Assembly: GCF_910592395.1 (NCBI RefSeq)
Contig: NC_088308.1
Coordinates: 1,984,001-2,048,000, forward strand
Direction: 5' to 3'
DNA length: 64,000 nucleotides
Origin: Lineus longissimus
Lineage: Eukaryota
The position numbers and the translations under genes are program-made. The notes beneath the pieces are model-generated. The model was not told the DNA's origin. It worked only from the letters and a program-made list of their open reading frames with translations, and searched no databases. Shown piece by piece: positions 49,229 to 62,800 of this stretch (positions within the stretch are counted from its first letter, which is position 1; each line of letters starts with the position of its first letter).

Positions 49229-51244
49229 TCAGACGACTATTGCAGGCACCTCTAACTCATTTTCCATCTTAGAATGTCTGACATGTTTCGCCTGCACCAC
49301 CTGAACACGCCGCTGAACAGATTCCTCTGCTTTACCCTGTTTGTCCTTGCCACCAGGGGACGCCCTTGCCGCCTTGGAAATTTTCCTAGACGGCCCATTT
49401 GCCGGGGAGGTTTTCGCCGCCGGGCTCTTGCCCCTTGCGCTCCTTTTCCGTGGTTTGGGCGTCCTAGTCCCGCTATCCTTCCCCATGATGATAGCTAAAG
49501 AAGAGACACCCGTTTTGCGCTTCTTTTTCGATTTCACTGGTTCCGGTTCCGGGGTCTTCAACCGCGGTTGTTTGACAACACTGGACCTGAAAGCTCTAGA
49601 TTTCTGTTCTGAAAGGACCGTGAACATAGAGTGCATACCACGGTCAGTTGCAGCATGCGTGTGGGGTGTTGGGTGCTTCATATGGTGAGTATGCCCTGAA
49701 CCATTCACAGGAGCTGGGTTATGCGCTGGCGTGGCAACACTGGCAACAAAATTGCCCACCCTCATGCCTTCATCAACCTGCGCGAGAAGAGCAAATGCAG
49801 GGTCGTCGTAGCCTGCAGAATCCTGGGGTGGTGGGGGCCTGTACAAACTGTTCATGCTATTCGAGACCGAGCTAGTGCCCTCTAAATTCGACCGAGGAGT
49901 GGCAGCATCAACATTATTATTTGCATTCAGAGAGTTTCGAGAATAGGATACCTTTACTTGAAGGTTTGACTCTGCCCTTTGACCCCTTATCACTGCTCCC
50001 TTAGGTTGCACAGTGCTAGACGGCGCCGAGCGCACCGAAATGTCTTTGCTACTACCGGTGTCTGTCGCGTCGCTGACCCGCGAAGGCCGCAAGGCCACAG
50101 ACTCCTGAGAGCGGGTCATCCCGCCAAGCTTTACAGCCACAAGCCCCTTCGCTTCCGTACGTTCAAAAACAGGCATTTTACCGTTCATTCTATACCACTC
50201 CTTCTCCACTCGTTTCAGATGAGCCTGCTCCTTTTGTCTCTGTTTCTGTCCGTCCTCGTACCAGACAGTCCCACTCCTATACAGCGTACTATCAAACTGT
50301 TTATTAGAAGCACGACCTTCTTTTCGAAGAATATCAGCAAGTTCAGCATATCCTAGCTTTTTCGAATATAAGAAGGGTGTGAGTCCGAGCCTGTCCGGAA
50401 TATCCACTGACAATCCATACTTTTTCATCGTGGCCACTAACATTTTAACAACAGAGGTATTCCCCGATATCACAGCATGATGCAGCACCGTTTTTCCTGA
50501 TTTGTCTTTCTGGCTGAAGTCGATATCTCCTTGACACATCTGTAGGATCTTTGCCACCTGTTCGATTCGATTCAAGCAACAAGCCCAAGCAAGGACGCTG
50601 CGGCCAGTATCATCGTCCATAGCCATCGGGTCCGCGTTCCTTTTCAGAAGATACTTAAACATACTCTCACGGTGTTCAGCGTCCTCGATATGCAACGCGG
50701 CGACAAGAACGCCATAACCGTCCTGATTCTTCGAAGAAATCTTCACACCACATTTCAGAAGCGTCTTAACCTGAAAAAACCGTCCATCCAACACAGCTTT
50801 GAATAACTGTCCCGACATGGTGAAGTCCTGCTTGGGTTTCGTCCAGTCCAGTTTACTATCTGACACCTCACTGAACTTCGCCGACTCCTTTTGTAGTTTA
50901 AACTGCAGGTAGTCAACCGAAGAAGGGTCTTTAGCTTCCGTTTTGTTTTCACGCTTAGTGATATTAATCCCTGATCCTTTCCACTCGGGTCGTTTTGCCG
51001 GAGGGCCCTTACTATTTGTACTGGGCCTAGCTTGTTTTGCGTTTTCCTTCACTTCGTCCAAGAAAGCCGAATACTCATCACCAGGAGCTATCGGTCCCTT
51101 CTCTGCCACGTTTGGATCAGGTGGCTTCTCGTACAACTCACGCAGAAACTCCACATAATTCTCTTTATCAAGAGTCGGTGCACACTCCTCGATGTTTATG
51201 TAGCCAGTCTTTATCTTGACCCTCTTACCTTTAGTTTTAGCCAT
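49229..51244 (-). CDS. Ankyrin-repeat protein, 671 aa, single coding exon (ANKRD63/ANKRD34-like)
   Basis: Long ORF with about 5 ankyrin repeats (GRSVLAWAC, GKTVLHHAVISG, GLTPFLYS) followed by a disordered, basic C-terminus; acceptor ttttcttag| 26 nt before the ATG implies a 5' UTR intron, candidate donor at 51862. Confidence 0.9.
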   Translation of the reverse strand: MAKTKGKRVKIKTGYINIEECAPTLDKENYVEFLRELYEKPPDPNVAEKGPIAPGDEYSAFLDEVKENAKQARPSTNSKGPPAKRPEWKGSGINITKRENKTEAKDPSSVDYLQFKLQKESAKFSEVSDSKLDWTKPKQDFTMSGQLFKAVLDGRFFQVKTLLKCGVKISSKNQDGYGVLVAALHIEDAEHRESMFKYLLKRNADPMAMDDDTGRSVLAWACCLNRIEQVAKILQMCQGDIDFSQKDKSGKTVLHHAVISGNTSVVKMLVATMKKYGLSVDIPDRLGLTPFLYSKKLGYAELADILRKEGRASNKQFDSTLYRSGTVWYEDGQKQRQKEQAHLKRVEKEWYRMNGKMPVFERTEAKGLVAVKLGGMTRSQESVALRPSRVSDATDTGSSKDISVRSAPSSTVQPKGAVIRGQRAESNLQVKVSYSRNSLNANNNVDAATPRSNLEGTSSVSNSMNSLYRPPPPQDSAGYDDPAFALLAQVDEGMRVGNFVASVATPAHNPAPVNGSGHTHHMKHPTPHTHAATDRGMHSMFTVLSEQKSRAFRSSVVKQPRLKTPEPEPVKSKKKRKTGVSSLAIIMGKDSGTRTPKPRKRSARGKSPAAKTSPANGPSRKISKAARASPGGKDKQGKAEESVQRRVQVVQAKHVRHSKMENELEVPAIVV

Positions 51245-52700
51245 GTTAGTGTCTTTCTTTTTACACCATACTAAGAAAAATGGACAATGAAATCATGACG
51301 TAGTTACAGGAAATGTCCGAATTATGAATCAACTGGAACTTCCGTTATCCTTAGCTGGGAGAACTCACATGTTTATAGTATATTACTCCAAGTTGATTTG
51401 ACACAAGCCACAATATTGATTCAATGTCAAACAGTGCATTCCGAGATCCCTGGTCACGAGAACCAATCAAATTGAAATATCACAAATCAGTCAACCAATC
51501 ATAATCGCGCATTGTAGCTTCTTCCTTCGTCTGTCATTGGAAACCGTGTTACACACAGTCTTCTTCGTCAACATATAATCCACTAGTATACCATTCCAAT
51601 GCCAATCGCTCGTATCAATATTTATCTACCACAAATGCTACTCAGAAATCCATTAATACCTATACACCACGTAATAATGCTTTCGTCCATTTGCGAGATC
51701 GTTCTATGAATGATTTGCCTGACCTTTTTTGAGAGATTGCCGAGCGACACAGTAGGTCATGTTAGCCTACCCACAGCATGTTCATGTGATTTCTGCAATG
51801 CCATTAATCCTATCCTGTCATTCTATACGATGGTATTGTCCTCGAACTAAAATAGGCTTACCTTAAAGTGTCTCCACGATATCTTGAAAGATGGCAGAAA
51901 CAATTTCCCAAAGCTTGCTTTGCAAATCACCAAGGTAGAGTGATTTCAAAGGTCTCTGTCTTTGCACAATGTTCACTTGGAGTTCATGGAAAGGTATTTT
52001 CTGCTATAAAGAATAGTTCACTATTTTCATAACCAATGCATGGGAGAGAAGTACCTTGCACAATGCACAAACACACCGTCTTCTCCTCACTTCCACTCCA
52101 ACTCTGAAGCAACCACATTGAACATATCGTGAACTCTGTAGTTTAGGCGCAATTTGAAAATAAACATTCGATCGAATCACAATTTCGTGGATCTATATGT
52201 TTTCCTTCGTACTTGAACCATCCTCGACCGCTATGTCCCTGTTTTGAGTTGAACTACACATGTACAACGAACCTGAAAAAATCATGTCAGGACTCCAGCG
52301 CGTTACCTACCATGTCCATGTCTTCTTAAAACAGTTGGAGGTATTTGAACATTAAAGCTTTTTAGCCGTCCGTTTCGGTTGGAAATTACTTGGCATGTCC
52401 AACACCACCAGGACTGTCGTGACAGTAATCGTTTCAGAAGTTCTTCGTGTCCCTTCGATGAGTTTGTAACATAACCCAAGATAACCAAAAGAGATCGAAT
52501 GTTATCGTTAGTTTGTCAATCAAGCCTGAGAAAGAAAGGATAAAGTTCCGGAATTGACACAAAAGAAGCTAGCGGTATTCAACCATAGAACAGAACTGAG
52601 AAAATGAAAGCAGAGAATGAAAATCAGATAGACAATGTGCATGTAGAACACATTCGTGTATGTCATGTCAGTTCATCATTGTGAAAGTACTTGTGATGTA

Positions 52701-52878
52701 CAGTAGAACCTCTCTATTAAGGGCATCCTTGGGACTGAAAAGTACTGTCCTTAATAAAGAGGTGTCTTGATTAGAGAGGTCAAATTGAATGGCAACAACC
52801 TATTTGGGAATAAAATTAGTGTCCTTAATAGGGAGGTTGTCCTTAATAGAGAGGTGTCCACTAAGGGAGGTTTTACTG
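52701..52878 (+). mobile_element. pogo/Tc1-mariner-type MITE (copy 2)
   Basis: TA|CAGTAGAACCTC ... GAGGTTTTACTG|TA; similar to 15-179. Confidence 0.85.
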
Positions 52879-53096
52879 TATTTGAACTCTTCAAGATTAG
52901 CAGATAATCTCATGACCCTAAACGAACTTTGATATCAAATTCACTTGGTCATCAAATAATGGATATGATCTTTCTGGCAAACTTGATCATAATCACTTTA
53001 TGAGCGTCCGTGGGTCGATCTCTAAATATGAATGTTGTATTCAAAGATTTATGAGCATTTCAGCTCTGCCATCTATCGGAGGAGGTGCATTCTTTG

Positions 53097-53370
53097 GACA
53101 ACGATCCTCCGCCAGCTTGTTATCTGACCATGTCGTTTGTAGGAAGCACAAACTGAAAATACGAAGGTTCCCCAATGATAACTTGAACACATAACAGGAG
53201 AGACGATGGAACAACCAACCTCCGCCAGCTTGTTATTAGATCATGTCATTTGTAGGAAGCACATCCTAAGAATACTAAGGTTCTTCAATAACAAGTTACC
53301 ATTATGCATTGGAGACCACAGGAGAGACGATGGTACAACCAACCTCCGCCAGCTGGTTATCAGATCATGC
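53097..53370. repeat. Diverged tandem repeat, about 112-124 bp unit, 2.3 copies
   Basis: CCTCCGCCAGCT(T/G)GTTAT recurs at about 53107, 53219 and 53343 with shared flanks. Confidence 0.85.
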
Positions 53371-53594
53371 TCGTTGTCGATCGCCCCTGAGGCACAAAGA
53401 TAGTACCCATGGCATTCAAAGCTACCAGGACCAACAAGTTAAACATTCGGAGTAAAGTAGGAAGATAAAAGTTATTTCATCATTATCTTTATTTCAAGTA
53501 ATTAACAATTCATAACATCTTGTGAAATGGAAAAGTGTTTGGAGGTGCACGTCGCCGAATGACAAACACATCAGCTGGAGCAGAAGCTGTCAAT

Positions 53595-53959
53595 AGCATT
53601 CCGCGAAGATGACGTCACTGCAGCTGCTGCCCTCTATTTCCCCATCGCTGAATTGCAGGCAATGTCGGACAAACATGCGGTTTCGTAATGGATTCAGGCT
53701 TTCTAACTAGGGCAGTTAGATTCAATCTGGCACATGTCCGAGTGTTGGAAATACTACATAATTGTTCTGAATATTTCTCTCTCTGACTCTATGGTATCAT
53801 TCATGCTAAAAACAATGCAGGGTCAAAGATAATTGACTTTGAAATAAGCTCAAATGCGTAGAAATAAGTGTTGATGTCCGACTGTCACGTGACTAAAACG
53901 TCATGAATATCTTATTCAAATGACCTTGTGAGCTATAAATAGTAACGTCGCGGAATGCT
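53595..53959. mobile_element. MITE with AT target duplication (ISL2EU-like)
   Basis: Perfect 16-bp inverted repeat CAATAGCATTCCGCGA (53591) / TCGCGGAATGCTATTG (53963); superfamily is inferred from an AT|AG...CT|AT reading. Confidence 0.65.
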
Positions 53960-56002
53960 ATTGGGCTAAGTTAAGAATACCATACCTATCCCGTCCAGTT
54001 CACTTGTACATGTGGACAAACTGGCTTGTAAGGTGAACTTAAAAAACTGTGTACACACGAAGATGAAGTATAATTCAATGTGCACGCTTTATTGAAGATT
54101 TTACTGTTTAAGAAAATACCACATGATTAGAATTAAGAAAAAAAACGGAAAAATGAGAGGAAATAGTTGTGTGCTGGATAACGCATTTACAAGTGAATGA
54201 AGCATGACCAGGACATACAATATATACTTCTGTACAATAGTTGCTTTGCGAAGAGCTCCTTCAGCAATGCATTACGATCATAATAAAGGAATAAATGCAA
54301 AGGTAACACCAAAAGTGCGTAATTCAGTAAGACAATGGGTTAAACGTTAAGGAAAAGTAGTAAGACCGATTGCCGGTGTAATATCTGTGGCTGTTCCCCA
54401 TATTTTAATGTTCTATACAATAGGCAGCTAGAGAGACCACAGCCGGCTTTTCAATAAGGGGTATACCACGGTGGGTAAAGGTATCGGTTTGCCTAAAATA
54501 TACGTGCTTACATGGAGAGGAAATGACGACATAAAAGACACAGACAAAAGATTAGATGATTTCGAGGGGCGTAAGGCCCGCATTTATTATTTTCATCCGA
54601 GTGTACCCATCCAACACAGAAATTGGAGAGCCTTGTTTCTATTGTGTTGCAAAGGTAAACCAATACCTTTACCCACCTTGTTAACAGAGAAAAACGTGAC
54701 GACAGAGCTTTCAGCGTTGCCAAACAATGAGGGCAAACACTAAAGATTTTACTGTTTTTGAGTATTTCCGTTTCAGACTGAGTGTTTACTCGAGCATACA
54801 TAAAGTGACACTATAGCAAAAAGCAATATTTTTGAAAAAGATTTCCACACCGAAACACCTGCTGGCAGTTCACAAGAAAATTCGAGATGAAACAAATTTC
54901 AAAGATAAAAACAAACCTTTGAGATGAAACGTGTTGGAGATCAATTCCTATACAACTATCATAGAAAAATCTTATGTACATAATATTTACAGCCGTGAGC
55001 AAGAAAAATACTTAATTACACACACGCATAAATGTTATGCGTCACAGTTTTGCCAATAAGCTGGCGCAGATATCTCAAATGAAGGTACTGTAGATTGGTT
55101 CCCAGATTGCCCGAAAGATATACATGTACTTATGATCGGCGATGCGCCACTTTAGTGGTCAAGCGAGTCATATCAACGTCACTTCATTTTCTCCACAAAT
55201 CAACGCGCGGCTCTGTGACCTTGACCTTTATGGAAGTGGACAATCCCGAGACTGAGACATCCTATTAACTGTCGGACGATCGGGTACCAATCTAAAAATT
55301 ACACGCCTGCACACCTTTGTCAGCAGTTCCGTCTATATTGGGCATATGTTACTCAAAAAGAACCCTACAAGTACGTTCATCAGCATTACTTTCCAACCTG
55401 ACGGGGACAGACGTGATTTCACTGGGCGAATTTGCCGCAACAGTAGGCCTAAGATAGGCTTAACCTCGTTAATGTATCACAATTCAGTTGCATATTTGAC
55501 ATAACATTTACAGCTTATTAATTTATAACGATACGTCAAGCAAGCAAGCAGAAAATTGGAAATATCTTGGAGGAGATCATATGCCGTCCTCTTTGGGCCA
55601 CATGTCCTCTGTCTAAACCCAAAGGGTCAAGGTTACATCGTAAGGCCAAGGTCATTCACCACAACTAAAATCAATTTGCCTCAACGCAAGGCATTGGGAA
55701 TAAGATGGGTGCAGTGTTTAAAATGAGAATATGTAGCAAGACGTTTTTTCAATCTTCAAATTTCAGGAATTGGCACAAAATAATACTTGGCAGATTTAAA
55801 CATCTTTGACCCTCGAAATAGTTTCCATTTAAAACATAAGTTTCTAAAGCACCAGTCAGATGGGTTGATAGTAGACAGACCTGGCCTTATTCAACCAGCT
55901 CCATCCTTATAAAACCAACTCTTATTCCGAAATTCTTCATCTGAACTGCTTCTTCGAGATACTAGTAATTTATTCCTGAAACCCATGCCGCCTCAACCAC
56001 TC

Positions 56003-56298
56003 TCATACATAATCTGGAATCTCAGTTTCACCCTGGTAGGCATAATACGTCCTCGCATGCATCTTACTCGGACGGTACTTAATGTTGATGTCTTGAGCCT
56101 TATGAAGCCAAGTCCACGCACTCACGAAGCATAACACCACACAAATCCATGCCAGCACGAAAGACCATCCGTAACTGTAGACTCTAGCACCGTCTATTAT
56201 CCGCTTGAAGGGCACTGTTTTCCCCTCCATGAATTCCCGTCTCTTCAATAGGTGGCACTTTACATGGAATAGAGCAATAGATGTTGTGAGTGAAATAC
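56003..56298 (-). CDS. Claudin/PMP22/EMP superfamily tetraspan protein, last exon
   Basis: ttttcag| acceptor; YSYGWSFVLAWICVVLCFVS (superfamily TM4 signature); ends PDYV-stop. Confidence 0.88.
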
Positions 56299-59200
56299 CT
56301 GAAAATATAATCAAAGCAAAATGATGAAGTCGTTGTTTCAAATTTTTTATAGGGTTTGCAGATAGGTGTATCATAAAGCCAGACCAATGTATAACACAAA
56401 TCCTGACTAACTCAGAGTAAAGAACTGCATCCACAGGCGTATTTTTGTATGGAAACTTTATTCAAACTCCATTGCAGCGCAACCAATCATTTATATCAGG
56501 TGAGCCAATTTTTGCCGACAGGTTTGACGCGAAATTATTGAAAATCTGTCAACTTTGCTCCAAAACGTCAACATGACGTGATGAAACCTCGGCTTGAACC
56601 TGGCCGGGTGAAGCGTTGTCGTTAGTTATTTCAGTCACACCCATTGAATCTAATAGCCTCAGACGTGCTCCCAAATCCACCTTGATTATTGCCTGAAACA
56701 ATTGCGATTCGAGTGTAAAGAGATGCATTCAAATCAAGCCGCCAATTGGAAAGTGAGCCTTCCTGAGGGAGAGAGCTAGCTGAAGGTAGAATTACCTCTT
56801 TAAATGACTGATGTGGTATAGCTGCTTCAATGTTGTTAAGTGCTGGACATGATATCATGATATAACATGAATATACGAAAGGCTTTCGATCGTCAGTTTC
56901 TGATAGTTAAAAGTTTGCCATCGTTGATTTGAACTCCAAGCTTGTGCATCATCCACCGACATCAAATTAACACCTACTTATGATTGCAGATTTGTCAACA
57001 GTCGTGGGTAGGGCGAGAGCCAAAACGAGGCAAGGGCAAAAAGTGAGGTCCAATATCAATGCTTGTTTATACGCAGTTAATATGTCATCCAGATATTCTA
57101 AATATAGCTTGAATGTATCCCAAGAGATTGCGACTGGCTGCCCCGTTATTGATGACGATAGATGAAATCAAATAGCCTATTGTGGAAAGGCCATTCGATT
57201 TGCCACTAATAGATCATCTTTAGGATAGCAATCCTTCTATGTTGTCAGAGATGAAAAATGATTGCGTTGTTGGAATCGTTCCGATTTTTTAGCAGACGAC
57301 AGGGCAATTTTGGTGACGGGAAACAAGACGTCAGACCCCAAGATAAACTAGTCCAGAATCATAAAGCTGGCCCATAATACAGCAACAAACGTAAGTTTTG
57401 GGAGCGATGTATCTCTCATTTTCGCATAAAATGACCTCAAGTTGAAAGAACCCACGTTATGAGGTAGACTGAATGTACAAAACTAAACGCGTACCCTGAA
57501 AGGCACATTTACAAAACAACACCATAATAGCATAATAGCATAGGGAAACCTCCATGCCCACATTCTGAGTGTCTTCTTTTTCATTTGCCAGAATCGAGAA
57601 TGACCTGTCAGGAGACATCCGACACGCTCTGGCAAAAACATGGCAGACGTAGCTGTCAAAATGATAGGTTATCAGAGTTCTCGGCCGCTGCATGGCGGTC
57701 AAACACACGCACCGACCAGGCGATCAGTCTGGTTGCTTGTCTCTGCCGAGTAGTCGAGTTGGCTTCATTTCCACCACGGACCTTTCCCTTCCTTTCCCTT
57801 CCTTTCCCTTCTCAGAGATGCATGCACTTGTATTCTGCGACTTGGTTATTTTTATAACCTCAGCTCTGTGTTCTAAAACACCTCGGTTATAATGAATGTA
57901 GTGTCGTTTCATATGTAATATACAGTGCCCTCGTTTTGGCAGGCGCGGTTTGGTGACGCAGGGCTGATTGATCAAGAGTGCAAAAGCAACGATGTCTACA
58001 ACCTTCGACGACGGCAAAAGTTCCATCGTATCTGTGACGAAGCCCATATTTCTCGTCACACGCCTTGACAACCATCTGTGCTGACACCTAAAGGTAATAA
58101 TTCTGGTGTTACCCCTGGCTCCAGATGCGGTAGCACCCGCTCTGACTACATTTTAGCACCTCGTAACGGCAGTCACGAAGCAACAGGTAGACAACGGTAC
58201 CTTGAGCTCTGGTAATTTGTTTCTCGCGAGATCATTTACAAGCCAATAGGTTTCGGTTCTCTCCTCATGAAGAATTTGTAACCCCGGCTAATTTTGAAAA
58301 ATATCGATTTTCCACGCATTTTCCCGCTGGAACACCAAACTATCAGAAAATTTAGAGTATATTTGGCTTTACGCCTCCACATATTAGGACCTCCTGCATC
58401 AGTGCCTGATAACTGTCGTCTATAATACTAGACTACTGAGTTCAAAGCGAATAATTGGTAGCCTTAAGATGGCTCAGGCTTTAGACAAAATATTCCAATT
58501 TTACATCATCAGTGATGGAGCTCCTCACGGCAACATTAAAGAAATCGTGAAATAAAACACGACGAGTTGGTCTTGCACCTGGTCACCGAAGAGCAATGCC
58601 AAGCTGAAAAGCCATTTGTAAGCAACGACTGAAAGATTCTCTGATGTGATGAAGTGGGGGAGTTCAAATTTGGGTGACGTTGGAAGCATTTCTTCCTCCA
58701 AACCCTTATCAAACTGTTGTACCTGCATTCAAGTGTTATGTAGCATATTTGGTTATCCCGCGGTGTTTGCGCTGCATATCTCCTCAATAGGTATATTACT
58801 GCACTCCATTTTGATATGGACCACTTCATTAGACGTGAAAGCTACTTGTTCCGTACCACAATAAATGCGTCAACTTTTAAGATTGTTCATTTATTAGACC
58901 GTTTCCATCGGGAAATGTCTTATGATGGTTTCATCGGAAGTTGCGGGGACACACAGGCTGAAAGGTTCAACTTAGAATTTGACGAAACTTTAAAGAAAAA
59001 CATAGCTTGTAAAAAGGAGCACGGTTTTCAAGAGGAATTCTTTACATTTCTTAAATCAATATCTTCACACCCAAACACGTTGTTGTTTAATTTTGGCGTG
59101 CCGCAGCAGGCTGCACGGAAATCCATGGCATCGGCGTTGTTGGCCTGGCCTCTGATCTTTCTCTGATTAGGTTTAAAAGGAAAGATTAAATTCCGAAACT

Positions 59201-59706
59201 TTCGTCGCCAAGTGTCGCCAAACTGTTGATCCGGTGAAATTGAAATTCCTCAGTGCCACGAAGAAAGGCATTTAGGAGTCCTTAATGGAACTCACAACCA
59301 CTTGGGCAATCAACACATAGGAGATATCATGCATTCATGATCACAGTAAGGACTTGTTCCCTACGAAAAACATGATTTGCATCCATTCCGAAAATCACTT
59401 TACTTCCATAGTCACCATGACCACAAATTTTCTTATGAAGTGCGTGCTGTGAATTTCAAATATACTTGTACATAAATCTATTTTAAGACATGACCAGTGA
59501 AGATCTCGTTTCAGAAGACATAAGGCATGCGGAGAATTTCGAATCGCTTTCATATTGAATAACTTCATGTTGTCGTCATGCGATCACGATGTCATCACAA
59601 GCTGTTTGTTTCCGGCAGCAAGTCGGCTCATATGGTGACTGAAACCAATTAAAGTGGTTTTCGATTATTTTTCTTCCATAGTTGGGTTATAAGAGTTATA
59701 CGTTAC

Positions 59707-59844
59707 CTGAGGCGAGGGCAGTGGAAGATGCCCCTATCATGGCTCGCTTGTCCTTGCCCACAGAGCCGTACATCCCCGCTATAAGGCTAGACACGATGGA
59801 ACAAATACTAAGCACGGATAAGGCAAACGCGGTGCGCTCCAAAT
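59707..59844 (-). CDS. Claudin/PMP22 superfamily gene, penultimate exon (TM2-TM3)
   Basis: ttttttcag| ... |gtaacg; LERTAFALSVLSICSIVSSLIAGMYG...AMIGASSTALAS joins in phase 1 to 56298; upstream exons not found in the window. Confidence 0.85.
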
Positions 59845-62800
59845 CTGAAAAAAACAAACCAACAAACCTTTGGAAATATTTCCAGAGAAACATATTTGGG
59901 AATGTGACATGGAGAAAGATCTCTTTGTGAGTGACAGGAGGGGAAATGGCAAAGATATTTGGAGCGCCTATGTAATCAGGTACGACAAAAAAGCATCACG
60001 GGTCTGCAAAGGAATTAGAAACGGTTGCTATTTTTATGATTGGAATCTTGGGCAACCAGAACTTATCCAAAACATGTTTAACATATTATTTCTCCATGTC
60101 AGGGTACTCGAGTTGTGGGTATTCGGTGCTTTCTGGTTGAGGTCTTGTTGCCCTAAGATTTCAATTTTGGTAGGTTTGGCTCGGAAATGGAGAGCAGTCA
60201 TGGATGGAGCCCGGATTTACATAAACTCCACCAGGTTCCACGAGTGTTCTTCAATGATGCTTTGAACAAAACCTACCAATGAAAAAGGTTTTCATGGTTC
60301 TGCAATATTAGTTTTTGTTTTACGTTAGCCATGAAGTGACGTGGAGTGTCTGGTAAGTGAGCCAAGAACACGTGCTACATTGACACGCCTGTCAATACCA
60401 TTAGTAACTAATTACATACATATCCCGGTACTTCAATGCTTTACTGATACCAGACAATTAAAATGCCTTATTGTAAACGTTCATGTTGATTAAATCTCTT
60501 GATGCAAAGGGGAGGCTCTCGAGTCGGTTATTAAACCATCTGATGGATACTCCGAGTGAAAAAAATTTTTTTAAAAATTGTAAATTCAAAAATCGTTACT
60601 TTCTCGCGGCAATCGTCACAGACCTATGATAATGCATGTACTTTACTAACAACAATACTTCTTTGAAATACCTGTAGCTGTAGGAGCGCACGGATGCTTG
60701 GTGCTCCAATTGACCGTCTCTTTAAAACCAAACAGATCGTGTATTCAGAGCGAAACCACCTGTTGTATATAACCTCGTCCTGAAGCGGTTATGATGACCA
60801 TACCACCATCGCTCATTCAGAAGCGTTTTCTTGGACGAATTAGGCTCCTCACGCAACTCGCATCTGGGTAGGGTGTCTCTCTCTTAGGGGCCTTTTGATA
60901 ACGGCAGAGATGAGAATGCTCCATTGTCAGAGGAGACGCATAAGCGTAGATACCGTACAGAATGTGGCTGTTCTACTCTTGATAACATCTGGGTGAAATT
61001 TCGGAGATCATGAAGTGACAACAAAACCAAGAAGAGGAATGCTAGGGTGCAAAGTATAGGCCAAAAGGTGGCAAAGAGCAATCATACTGGAGAGGTTGAC
61101 AATGCATTCGTTCACTCTTTAGTCTTTTTTTCTCGCCATAACGTGTCAACAGAAGCTCTATCGCGCCAATGTCATGAACGCGGACACTTATGAGATTGTC
61201 TCAACATTACTCAATGACGATCATTCGTGTCGAGAGTGACACACCGACGCCCCCGATCAATCTTCACTTTCATCTTAGTCACCCAGAATGTTTGCCCAGT
61301 CAGGCCCACGCGGAAATCTTACGCATTGAGCACTAATGAGCAGAAATTCGTATTTGCAACAGCGGTGTTCCAAATAACATTATCCCTAACGATTACCTAG
61401 GGCCATTTGTAAATCTTCAAAGATGAAATCATCGTATTCTTAAAGAGCTTGTCCCGTTCAGCGCGGACAATATCTTGGCTATAGACGTCAGCCATTCTTA
61501 GAGCGACAATAAGCAAGTTTTGTGATGCTATGCGGTTAGTACGGTCCAGCGCAACAAATTGTCAACTGGAATGCACTTTTTTTGATGCATTTTTCATTTT
61601 AGTGGCTGTTGCTCCTTATTCAAATATCTGTGTAACCAAATCTGTAGCGCGTGTATAGGCTACAAAAACTGTCTTCTGAACGGGAAAATTAACATAACTG
61701 GTTACAAAATGTACTTTACTTCAGCGCAGCTATTAATAATCATTTTTTAAAGGATATTCTATACTGGCGAGAGAGAGATAACAGAATTACCATTTCCATG
61801 ACCGAAACAATGTCAGAATTACAAATTGTTCCTGATGCAATCACTCATAAGAACCAATCTAATTTGTCCTGCAATGTTTCTGGCATATCGCAATCAAACT
61901 TTGCGTTCTGTGCCTTAACCGTTTATTGTTGTTTTGAGCGACGAATGCTAAAACCATTAAACTTAAACACCATACAACGGCAAATGATTAAATTCAGCAA
62001 ATTTCGGATGGACTTAATTAAAAAGCTGTACACAGAAGTGGTAATCCGCTGTAATGAATAAGATTAGTGGCGACATTAGCGACGAGGGAGCACGACTGGA
62101 ATGGAAGCGCATGGCTTATGGGGGTTGTAACGGCTTCACTGTCAAGGGAACCGTGAGATTGCATGCTATGTTGGTCGTAAGTAATCAACTGTGGTATCAT
62201 CTGATCGAGGTCCAAACTGCTTAGCACCTAGCTCGCCAAATCATCGCGCCAAGGCAAACGTGTTAGTTTTCTTTCACACTGAGCTGCTTTCGGAATCCGC
62301 TATCACACTTCGCTGATCCTCCGTGTTCCTACTGTAATCAGAGAGTCGGACGATAGGCCATGTCTTAACTAAAAAAAGCCCATAACATGCATAAAAGAAA
62401 CTCCGCCGTCATGGCCATGATGCACTTCCGCTCAGTCTCTAGACCTCCTCGCAGAACAGACAGCAGGTAAGCATGACCTCTAAGTCCGTCACCGCTACAC
62501 TGACACTGTTGCCTCCCAATTCTGATTTCTGATGAGTTTTCTGATTTACTGTGTATGAACATGAATGATTGACAAAGTAAGCTTCGAGGATGAAATCAGG
62601 CGAAAATATCATCGATTCTCTCCGTGAAGTCATAGCGTGGACATTTCCCTCAAATCCGAGTGTCCAGCGAGAGACCCAATGTGCGTGAATTAGAAGCTAA
62701 CGTGGAAGCGACCTGCCTATAGACAACACTGAGTCATTACAATACATGTTGATACCCTGACCATATTCTCTAGAGAGTAGGCGAGACACCGGATATTGAC

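Noticed and set aside
49274..51274. Plus-strand ORFs overlapping the ankyrin gene
   Set aside because: Antisense shadow frames of a real CDS
56875..56905. Hammerhead ribozyme core (CTGACGA..GAAA on the minus strand)
   Set aside because: No stem II or compatible stem I/III and cleavage triplet; other CTGATGA sites checked also lacked the fold
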